NCBI GenBank assembly: GCA_965220085.1
Contig: CBDCOZ010000003.1
Span: 480,001 to 544,000 of the forward strand
Origin: Candidatus Oxydemutatoraceae bacterium
GTDB taxonomy: Bacteria; Pseudomonadota; Gammaproteobacteria; Poriferisulfidales; Oxydemutatoraceae
Length of the DNA stretch: 64,000 nt
Reading direction: 5' to 3'
The stretch's first letter is position 1, and each line of letters begins with the position of its first letter. A model generated the notes under the pieces. It ran no database searches. It was not told the DNA's origin and saw only the letters and a program-made list of their open reading frames with translations. Shown here piece after piece: positions 41,352-50,078 of the stretch. The position numbers and the translations under genes are program-made.

Positions 41352-42009
41352 CGTAGCGGCCTACCTTTCATGGGGTATGCGCACTCCCCTGTGCGCACCC
41401 CGCGACATTCCCCCTCTCCAGCGAGCAAAGCTCGCTGACTCTCCCACAAGGGGAGAGTATTGCTTGCCACAAGGGAGCATGTTAGCGCAAGTCTTGCGAT
41501 GGATTGCTCGCTATCGCAACGGCCTACCTTTCATGGGGTATGCGCACTCCCCTGTGCGCACCCCGCGACATTCCCCCTCTCCAGCGAGCGAAGCTCGCTG
41601 ACTCTCCCACAAGGGGAGAGTATTGCTTGCCACAAGGGAGCGTGTTAGCGCAAGTCTTGCGATGAGATTGCTCGCGCTATCGTAGCGGCCTACCTTTCAT
41701 GGGGTATGCGCACTCCCCTGTGCGTACCCCGCGACATTCCCCCTCTCCAGCGAGCGAAGCTCGCTGACTCTCCCACAAGGGGAGAGTATTGCTTGCCACA
41801 AGGGAGCGTGTTAGCGCAAGTCTTGCGATGAGATTGCTCGCGCTATCGTAGCGGCCTACCTTTCATGGGGTATGCGCACTCCCCTGTGCGCACCCCGCGA
41901 CATTCCCCCTCTCCAGCGAGCGAAGCTCGCTGACTCTCCCACAAGGGGAGAGTATTGCTTGCCACAAGGAAGCGTGTTGGCGCAAGTCTTGCGATGGATT
42001 GCTCGCTAT
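41352..42009. repeat. 163-166 bp tandem repeat x4 with a REP-like hairpin; junctions retain the sequence encoding PLR* of the array motif
   Basis: Units start at 41352, 41515, 41681 and 41847. Part of the unit also occurs at ~18815-18900, after A1. Confidence 0.93.
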
Positions 42010-42161
42010 CGCAACGGCCCCTCCAGGAAGATGCGCAAGCGCAAGCGCAGATCGGCACCCAGATGGATGTTCATTGACGCGGGCGTAAGCCGCGCCGGCT
42101 TGAGTCCGACCATCGGCGCCGCCTTCAATGGCAATACTCACTTGTGCGCGTGTGTTTGCCA
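42006..42161 (-). repeat. Orphan 156 bp copy of the B7 C-terminus (MNIHLGADLRLRLRIFLEGPLR*)
   Basis: Stop at 42006, exactly 156 bp from the B7 stop at 42162. Confidence 0.9.
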
Positions 42162-44868
42162 TTACCGCAACGGCCCTTCCAGGAAGATGCGCAGCCGCAA
42201 GCGCAGGTCGCCCCCCAGATGGATGTTCATTGACGCGGCGGCGCTGCTCTTCGTGCCATCGCTGACAGTGAATTTAAATGAGTCATAGTTTCGCCCCGCT
42301 TCCGCATCGTCCGCCGGGTAGTAGGCGAGCATGGAGATGTCGTCTGCCTCTACCTCGTATGGCACATTGCTTGCGGTGATTCTCGTCGTCCCCGCGCGCA
42401 AGATGCCTGCGGTCGGCGTGCTGGTGATAGCGATACTTCGCAGAGAGTCGTCGGCGTCCTCGTCGGCAAACGGGAAGTCGCTCTTCTGAAATGCATGGGG
42501 CATCTCCTCGGTGGTCATGGTGGGCACGGACACTTCGCTGTCTTTGGTCGTCGGCGCATCGTTGACATTGGCAACCCGCGCACCAGCGGAACAGAGCGGG
42601 CCCTCGGTCGTGTCTATGCCATCTTCAAATGTCAGGCAGACGCGGATGTATCGGTTGACATGGGCTTGCAACGGGGTGAAGGCTGCGGCGGCGGCCCCGG
42701 CGATGTCGGCGTAGGTGCCGGCCTGAGTGGCGGACTGTTGCCACTGCCACATCAGGGTTCTGCGGTCTATGCCGTTGCCATCGCTGATGCCGTCGACGGA
42801 GGCGGTCAATTCCGTGTCCTCGTCGTAGGCGGCGCCGGCAACCGCTGTCACCGTCGGCGCGCCGGTTGCTGTTGATTGCGTGGCCGGTACCAGGTCTATG
42901 GTGATGACGGCCTCGTTGCTATCCCTTTGCGCCGCGCCCGTACCGGTTCGGACGCTGTACGTAAATCTGTCATAGTTCGCCGTGGGCGTGGTGGCAGCCG
43001 CGGGAGGGGCATAGACCAACTCGATCCCTCCTTCCTCTCCGAGTTGTTCCAATTCGTCCCTTGTGAATGCTCCGGGAACGCTCGTTAAAGTTGAGGCAGT
43101 AGCAGTGGCGGGGCGGCGGAGAGACAGCGTACCGTTGTCAGGCAGACTGACTAATTGCATGTGAACCAAGGCATCCCCGTCCTCGTCGCTAAACGGAAAA
43201 TCATCCGCCGAGAAATCATAACTGCGGCCCGCGGCCACGGGGATGGTATTGCCCGGCGCCACCGGCGCATCGGCGACATCGGCGGTCGTGATGGAGGCGG
43301 AATAGAGCGGACCCTCGCTCTCGCCCAGGCCATCGTCAAAGGTGATGCGGACGCGGGTATGCATGCCTACCTGGGCTTGGGTCAGGACGAAGGCGGCATC
43401 GGTGGCCCCGATTATGTTGGTCCAGGCGTTGCTTGTCGGCGGCGGGGCCGCGCCATCGACCGGAGCGGCTTGCTGCCACTGCCACCTGACTGTGCCCTCG
43501 TCTATGCCGTTGATGTCACGTACTATAAAGTGGGTGTTGTCGGTGTATGCGGCGGTCAGCACGGTGTGCTGGAGTTGGCTGGCGCCCGAGGGGGTGATGG
43601 CTGGCGCACCTCCGGCGGCGGCCTGGCTGGTGGATACCAGGCGGATGTGGATTGTGGCGGTATCCACGCTAACTTTGTCATCCTCGCCATCGCTGCCATC
43701 GTCCTCCACCTTGAATGTGAAAGAGGCATAGAATCCAGCTGACAAGCTGTTGCTGGTGGTGACCGCCGCATTGCCGGCAGTCGGATAATAGGTCAGGTCG
43801 CCGTCCTCAAGTTGCGCCACTGTCAGGGTGACCGGCAGGTCGCCGCTGGTCAGGGCGGCGCCATTCCTGGCCATAGTGCCGCCACCCTGGGCGGCGCCAA
43901 TGGGCAGTGCGGTTATTTGGACTTTCGCCAGCGCATCGCCATCCTCATCGGTGAATGGGAAGTCGGTCGGCTTGAATGGATATGGCTCGGCGAGGGTGGC
44001 GTTGACGGGCACCGCCACTCTGCCGAGTTGCGCCACTGGCGCATCGTTGGCGTTGACCACCGGCTCGGTGGTGACGCAGGCCTCTCCCATGGCACCAAAG
44101 TCATCCGTATAGGTGACACAGCAGCGGATGGCATCGCCGACAAACTTTTGGCTTGGCTCGAAATTGGGCTGGTTGCGACCGATGAGATCGTCTAAACCGA
44201 TTGGGGTGAATATGCCGTTGCCGCCATCATCACTGCTCCAAATCCATCTGGCACTGTTGAGATCAGAGGCGCCATCCGGGTCGTTTATGCCGAAGGCTCC
44301 CAGCGATATAGAGGCACCCTGTTTGGGTGCGCCAGTCAGTGGCGGGGAGTCAGATGCGAATCCAATGGTGAACCCGGGGTTGGGCGGATTATTGAGTCCG
44401 GTCACAGCCTCGTCTATCCGATGGCATCTCGTCTCGGAATTGGGGGTGGCGGCCATATCCGTGAACGTGGCGCAGACCTGCAGATACTTGCCCACCTGAT
44501 CCTGTCGCGGGGTTAAGGTGGCGGTGTTCGCGTTATTGAATCTGGTGGCGGTGATTCTGGTGTAGGTGCCGTCGTTGGCATCGGCCTGGCTCCATTGCCA
44601 GGTGGCGACGAAGGGGTCTGGCAACCCATCGGTGTCGGCTATGTCGCCCTTGGATGCGGTGATGGCGATGTTCCTGTTGGGGGCGCTGAGCTCTCTGGCG
44701 TAGGATACGGCGGGCTCACCGGTGGCGTTCTGCGCCTGTGCCTGCGCTTGGGCGCAGACGGCGAGCAGTGCCAGCATAAAAAGACCGCGCCCGATCATCG
44801 TTGCCCACCCGTATGTGCGCAGGGGGGGGGGGGGGGGGGGGGGTAGCATTAAAAAATTGTTTATTCAT
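42162..44868 (-). CDS. Modular adhesin-like protein B7 (XXYXYXY); RBS-supported start is out of frame across a C22 tract
   Basis: AGGAG-TAATACT-ATG at 44868 is 19 nt from the body frame (ORF to 44849). Ends LRLRIFLEGPLR. Confidence 0.8.
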
Positions 44869-45131
44869 AGTATTACTCCTATAGCAGTCTATGGTAGCAG
44901 TTATTCTGCTATCAGTGCGAGCCATTGTGCAAGTGCCTTTGGCAGATTGTCGATTCATCGTATTTACTCCTCATATTGTCTGGTAAATGAAATTGTACTA
45001 AGAGTGCTGGCACTCTTAGTACTGCGTACTACTCTACCACAAAGTGCGAGCCCTTTGCAAGAGTTGAGTTGTTCAGTGTTTCCCTCATTTAATGTACTCT
45101 ACCACAAAGTGCCGATCATTTGCAAGTCTGT

Positions 45132-45280
45132 GTATGATGCCGTGACATATCGGACGCTTGGGGCAGATATTGTGTTGCGCCATAGGAGTGTCGGCAACAA
45201 TGCCATGGCGGTCGGGCGCGGCAAGCCATTTGAAATAGCCGCTGTTTACAGTGTCTGCAAAGCGGCCGGTCATGTCGGCA
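45132..45280. repeat. ~150 bp dispersed element with imperfect terminal inverted repeats (MITE-like)
   Basis: Other copies: 45927-46070 (inverted), 49382-49529, 49929-50019 (partial), 47831-47856 (inverted end only). Confidence 0.85.
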
Positions 45281-45352
45281 CAACTTTTGTCATTGCAAGA
45301 TTTCTGACGTAGAGTTGCCATTACGATGACGCTGGGTTTAGCGGAGGAAAAC

Positions 45353-45634
45353 ATGAGTGAAAACAGCAGACTCGACAGGCCACCTCGCGAGGTCTTTGAA
45401 GAAGAGGTTCGGGAGAACCATAGATTTTTTCTTGAGCAGGAATTCGGGCGCGAAGACAGCGGCAAGTTTGCCCTGTTAAAGAGCAAGCAATTGATCGCCG
45501 TGCCGGATACGAGATCAGATGCCATCAAAATGGGCGAGGCCCTTTTCAAAGAAGACAGAGTCTATTCCGCACAGCAAATTGCCGCCCTGCCGGCGGACTT
45601 GGGATATATGCCTCATGCCTTGTATGCGAGTTAA
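45353..45634 (+). CDS. Small hypothetical protein, DUF5678-like
   Basis: RBS GGAGG; GKFALLKSKQLIAVPDTRSDAIKMG...YSAQQI...DLGY pattern. Confidence 0.55.
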   Translation: MSENSRLDRPPREVFEEEVRENHRFFLEQEFGREDSGKFALLKSKQLIAVPDTRSDAIKMGEALFKEDRVYSAQQIAALPADLGYMPHALYAS

Positions 45635-45888
45635 AGTTAGCGACGGACAAGCGGCGTCGGAAGCGCTCATTCTGCCCAAAGGCGGTTTGCAAAAAAGCGC
45701 AATAAAAGCCCGCCCTAAGGGCATGGAAATTAAACTCGATAGAACCCCCCGCAGATGTTTTGCATTAAATCGATAGCGCGGCCAATATCGGTCGCATATC
45801 AAAAGCGGGTTCGTGCGGAAGCGGCTATTTTATGGAAACCTTTGACGCCGCCGCCGATGTGTTGGCATCGCATGTCGGCTTTTGTTGA
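45615..45888 (+). pseudogene. Possible frameshifted retropepsin-like aspartyl protease remnant
   Basis: MPCMRVKV... overlaps the previous stop. Removing one A at ~45768 gives CFALIDSAANIGRIS, similar to ALIDTGA. Confidence 0.4.
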
Positions 45889-46139
45889 TGCCGGGAATCC
45901 GGAGTGTTTCCGGCAGTATGCGGTTTTGCCGACATGACCGGCCCCTTTGCGGATACCGCAAATAGCGGTCATTTCAAATGGTTTGCCATGCCCGACCGCC
46001 ATGGTGTCGTTGCCGACACTCCTTTGACACAACACAATATTTTCCCGTGTGTCCGATATGTCATGGCATCCGATGCCGAATTGAGCGTTGCGCAACATTG
46101 TGCTATGATGACCGCATTGATTCGTTGGGAGTATTTGAT

Positions 46140-46910
46140 ATGACTGCTATGACTGCCATGACCGCGCCACAACGCCTGCTTCGCTGGCTTGTTGTCGCCT
46201 GCATTGCGGGTGCGCTGGCGCTGGCGTTGCCAGTAGTTTGGGATCTCATAGCGCCGGCCGGCGCCGCCACGCCGAGCGCACAGCAAGCCTCCGGAGCGGG
46301 CGCAACACAAGCGGGCGCACAGACCGGCCTGAGCCTCTGGCAGGCGCTGTCCATAATGGGAGCCGGTTTTGCCTTGATTATGAGCGCCCTCGTGGGCACA
46401 TGGATATGGCTAGATGCCAGATTTGGACGCATGGAAGCCAAGTTTGACGACAGGTTCAAGGAAGCGGATGCCAAGGCGGATGCCAGATTTGAGCGCATGG
46501 AAGACAAGTTTGACGACAGGTTCAAGGAAGTGGATGCCAGATTTGAACGCATGGAAGCCAAGTTTGACGATAAGTTCAAGGAAGTGGATGCCAGATTTGA
46601 GCGCATGGAAGCCAAGCTTGAACGCATGGAAGCCAAGTTTGACGACAAGTTCAAGGAAGTGGATGCCAGATTTGAGCGCATGGAAGCCAAGTTTGACGAC
46701 AGGTTCAAGGAAGTGGATGCCAGATTTGAGCGCATGGAAGCCAAGTTTGACGACAGGTTCAAGGAAGTGGATGCCAGATTTGAGCGCATGGAAGCCAAGT
46801 TTGAGCGCATGGATGACAAGTTGAATGCCATTATCATGCATCTGGCAGGCATCAAGCGGGGCGACGATGCGCTGCGCATTCAGGATCAATGCCCTGATGA
46901 AGCGTTGTAA
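46140..46910 (+). CDS. Membrane-anchored coiled-coil protein with 18-aa tandem repeats
   Basis: Two hydrophobic segments, then about six copies of ARFERMEAKFDDRFKEVD (54 bp units); RBS GGGAG. Confidence 0.8.
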   Translation: MTAMTAMTAPQRLLRWLVVACIAGALALALPVVWDLIAPAGAATPSAQQASGAGATQAGAQTGLSLWQALSIMGAGFALIMSALVGTWIWLDARFGRMEAKFDDRFKEADAKADARFERMEDKFDDRFKEVDARFERMEAKFDDKFKEVDARFERMEAKLERMEAKFDDKFKEVDARFERMEAKFDDRFKEVDARFERMEAKFDDRFKEVDARFERMEAKFERMDDKLNAIIMHLAGIKRGDDALRIQDQCPDEAL

Positions 46911-47039
46911 TGAGACGAAAGGCGGAGTGGCAAAGACACTTGCAAACTGCTAACCGATTTATACGGGCCGCCGTCAGAAGGAATGCCATGCGCCGACAGT
47001 TTTTAATATCTCTCCCCTATGCGCGTCCATTTTTGCGGC

Positions 47040-47210
47040 GGGGTTTGCGCGGCGCCGGCGCTCACTTGCGCCTTCGTCGCGAACAGCGCACAAGCGCAGA
47101 CCGAATGCCCCGAAGGGCAAACGCGCCTCACGAAAGTAATTGCCTTTGGCGTTGCCGATGATACCGGTTGCGTTGCCGATGACGCGGCGGAGATTCTGCG
47201 GGATGTGAGG
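47040..47210 (+). pseudogene. Inverted remnant of an A-family N-terminus
   Basis: LTCAFVANSAQAQTECPEGQTRLTKVIAFGVADDTGCVADDAAEILRD on the strand opposite to the array. Confidence 0.75.
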
Positions 47211-47858
47211 GCAAGGGGCGGACCATATTCGCATAGCCGGTTTGATGACCGGTTTGACTTCGCTATCGGCGTCCATCATAGCAGCGGTCGTTGCCGAGTT
47301 CTTTATGAAGTTGATGATGCAAGTTTTTCCCGGCAAGATAAGATCAAGCGGTCAACGACAACGGCTCGTGTGCAAGGTCGTTGCCGAGATTCGGCGACCG
47401 CGCAAAAACCATCCCCCAAACCCTCTTTCATGGCGCACCCTATAAACAACCCGCAAACAGTTTATGGAGCACAAACAATACTTAATTGTTTGTGTCTCAT
47501 TAAACGTTGTTTGTGCTCTTATCACTGTGCCTCATTAAATATTGTTTGCGTACCATGTCCGCGGCGCGTTTGATTGCCGCCTGCAAGAGCAAGATATCCG
47601 CCGCTGCTACACGTATCCGAAATGCCCGAAGATGAAGGCGTTTAAATGAGCGCTTTAACCGTACGCTTCAGGAAGAGTTTGCGGAGTTTCAAGAGGACTT
47701 GTTGCGAACCGATATTCGGACATTTAATGATCGTCGGATAGACTATCTGCTATGGTTTAATAGCCAACGACCACATTACGGATTGAGGCTCCAAACACCT
47801 ATGAGACAAATTACAAAATATCTGCCCCAAGTGTCCAATATGTCATGGCATCATACAA

Positions 47859-48992
47859 ATGGAATACAAGGATAATGTCGTCATTGTGGTCGGGGCGGGG
47901 TCGACCTATTCGGACGGGTTGCACAGCTGGCGCCGAGGCGACTTGCACCGTCCGTTTTTGCCGCCTCTCAACAGGGGATTCTTTCGGGGATGCAAAAAGG
48001 GCGATGTGTCCGAACTCCTGGAGTCGGTGTGTCAGGCCATGGGCAAACTCTACGGTCTGGACCCGATGGATGAGAGCAATGACAATCTGGAGGATGTTTT
48101 GGTGAAAATCTATTGCGATGTCTTAAGCGCCGAACCGTCCGGCCGCAAGCCGCGCGAAGAGCTGTTCAGGAATTTGATTCGCCTCCTCAACGCGAGGATG
48201 ACCGATACGACCAACAGTCTGGCTCCCGTAAAAACCTCGGGCATAGGGCGAATTGTCTCCCGGTATCTGGACGAATTGTCCTTCGCCCCGCAGGATATCT
48301 GCCTCGTTACTTTTAATTACGATTTGCATATCGAGAAAAACCTTCGGCGGCTAGCCGGGCTGAAAAAATACGACAAGCATGGCGGAAAAATTTTCAATTT
48401 TCCCTATTTGTATGAGTTGGGGGACGACATCCAAACAACCGCTCCCAAGGGAGAGATTCCCGAATTCGCCGAGGCGGCCGACCCTCGGAAGAACCGAATC
48501 TCCCTGTTGAAACTGCACGGCTCGCTGAATTGGTACTCCAGACACGCTTCCCCAAACCCCTCCATCACCGCGCTTTTTAATCCGAAGCGGGATGTTTTCG
48601 TCACCCCCCAAACGGATGTGAGCACCGACAACATGCAGTTTGTGGGAAAACGGAGATCCGCGACTTATCCGGTTGTCATTCCGCCGATTGTCGGCAAGGC
48701 TACCGTCTTTCATCAGCGTATCAAGGCAATTTGGGCGTTTGCCCAGACACGGCTCCGGGGGGCGACGGAGGCGGTGATTTTCGGCTACTCATTTCCGCCC
48801 GGCGACTACGAAAGCGTCAATATGCTGGAAAACACAATCGGCAAGGGCGAGCATTGCCGCCATGTTTCGGTCATTAACCCGGACCCATCGGTGGCAACCC
48901 GGATGGGAATGATACCCAAGAACAAGCCGGTGACATTGTTTCACAGCACGGAGGAATTTTTGGCGTTCCCCCTCCGCCGCCGCCCGAGATGA
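47859..48992 (+). CDS. SIR2-like domain protein (SIR2_2 type)
   Basis: VIVVGAGS, VTFNYDLHIE, LLKLHGSLNW, IPP...K, IFGYSFPPGD, VINPD. Confidence 0.85.
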   Translation: MEYKDNVVIVVGAGSTYSDGLHSWRRGDLHRPFLPPLNRGFFRGCKKGDVSELLESVCQAMGKLYGLDPMDESNDNLEDVLVKIYCDVLSAEPSGRKPREELFRNLIRLLNARMTDTTNSLAPVKTSGIGRIVSRYLDELSFAPQDICLVTFNYDLHIEKNLRRLAGLKKYDKHGGKIFNFPYLYELGDDIQTTAPKGEIPEFAEAADPRKNRISLLKLHGSLNWYSRHASPNPSITALFNPKRDVFVTPQTDVSTDNMQFVGKRRSATYPVVIPPIVGKATVFHQRIKAIWAFAQTRLRGATEAVIFGYSFPPGDYESVNMLENTIGKGEHCRHVSVINPDPSVATRMGMIPKNKPVTLFHSTEEFLAFPLRRRPR

Positions 48993-49019
48993 CGCGCATC
49001 CCCAAGCGGCGGCGGGACT

Positions 49020-49280
49020 TCAGCTTCGCATCACCGTGTTGACGGATGTCCCTCCGACCCGGACTTTGGCGACGGTTCTGCCGTATTTGTCGCGGGCGAC
49101 CGGCTGAATCGAAACCTCCTTGCCGCCAATCAACTTCGTCAGCTTGGATTTGGCGGCATCGTGCCCCCTCTCGCCGATCTCCGGAGTCTCCACATTGGCC
49201 AGACGCACCGGATGCTTGCGGCTGGCCGTCTCAAAGGTGTCTCCGTCAATGACTTTCGTGACTGTCTCGTTTCTGATCAT
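49020..49280 (-). CDS. Thermonuclease (SNase-like), short form, copy 1
   Basis: VIDGDTF, VRLANVETPE, DKYGRTVA; RBS GGAGG; no signal peptide. Confidence 0.88.
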   Translation of the reverse strand: MIRNETVTKVIDGDTFETASRKHPVRLANVETPEIGERGHDAAKSKLTKLIGGKEVSIQPVARDKYGRTVAKVRVGGTSVNTVMRS

Positions 49281-49566
49281 GATAACCTCCATGGGTGTAG
49301 TTGCAGATTGCGTTTCAAGCCCGGCAGATACCGTGCCATTGACCGCATTCTAGCATAAGCGAATGCTCCGAGCATCCGCTCGTATGATGCCATGACATAT
49401 CGGACACACGGGCAAATATTGTGTTGTGTCAAAGGGGCATTGGCAACGACACCATGGCGGTCGGGTGTGGCAAGCCATTTGAAATAACCGCTGTTTGCGG
49501 TATCCGCAAAGGGGCCGGTCATGTCGGCAAAACTGATGACGCGCATCCCCAAGCGGCGGCGGGACT

Positions 49567-49827
49567 TCAGTCTAGCATCGCCGTGTTGACGGATGCCCCT
49601 CCGACCCGGACTCTGGCGACGGTTCTGCCGTATTTGTCGCGGGCGACCGGCTGAATCGAAACCTCCTTGCCGCCAATCAATTTCGTCAACTTGGATTTGG
49701 CGGCATCGTGCCCCCTCTCGCCGATCTCTGGAGTCTCCACATCGGCCAGACGCACCGGATGCTTGCGGCTGGCCGTCTCAAAGGTGTCCCCGTCAATGAC
49801 TTTCGTGACTGTCTCGTTTCTGATCAT
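49567..49827 (-). CDS. Thermonuclease (SNase-like), short form, copy 2
   Basis: Part of a 547 bp tandem duplication; a few substitutions relative to copy 1. Confidence 0.88.
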   Translation of the reverse strand: MIRNETVTKVIDGDTFETASRKHPVRLADVETPEIGERGHDAAKSKLTKLIGGKEVSIQPVARDKYGRTVARVRVGGASVNTAMLD

Positions 49828-50078
49828 GATAACCTCCATGGGCGTAGTTGCGAATTGCGTTTCAAGCCCGGCAGATGCCGTGCCATTGACCGCATTCTAG
49901 CATAAGCGAATGCTCCGAGCATCCGCCCGTATGATGCCATGACATATCGGACACACGGGCAAGTATCGTGTTGTGTCAAAGGGGCATTGGCAACGACACC
50001 ATGGCGGTCGGGTGTGGCAGTTAGCTGCTCCCGATTCGCGAGTCGCCGCTTGCATCGGTTGCCGTCCGCCGTTTCGTG

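Noticed and set aside
18891-44868. Diversity-generating retroelement or shufflon explanation for the shared 3' ends
   Set aside because: No reverse transcriptase or recombinase in the window. Differences are not adenine-specific, the C-terminus is the conserved part rather than the variable part, and all copies are co-oriented.
26378-44868. Autotransporter, RTX/T1SS or PEP-CTERM assignment for B proteins
   Set aside because: No beta-barrel domain, no GGxGxD nonapeptide repeats, no C-terminal TM helix; N-terminal signal peptides are present.
45132-50019. Integron attC sites
   Set aside because: No clear RYYYAAC...GTTRRRY ends, copies occur in both orientations, and no IntI is present.
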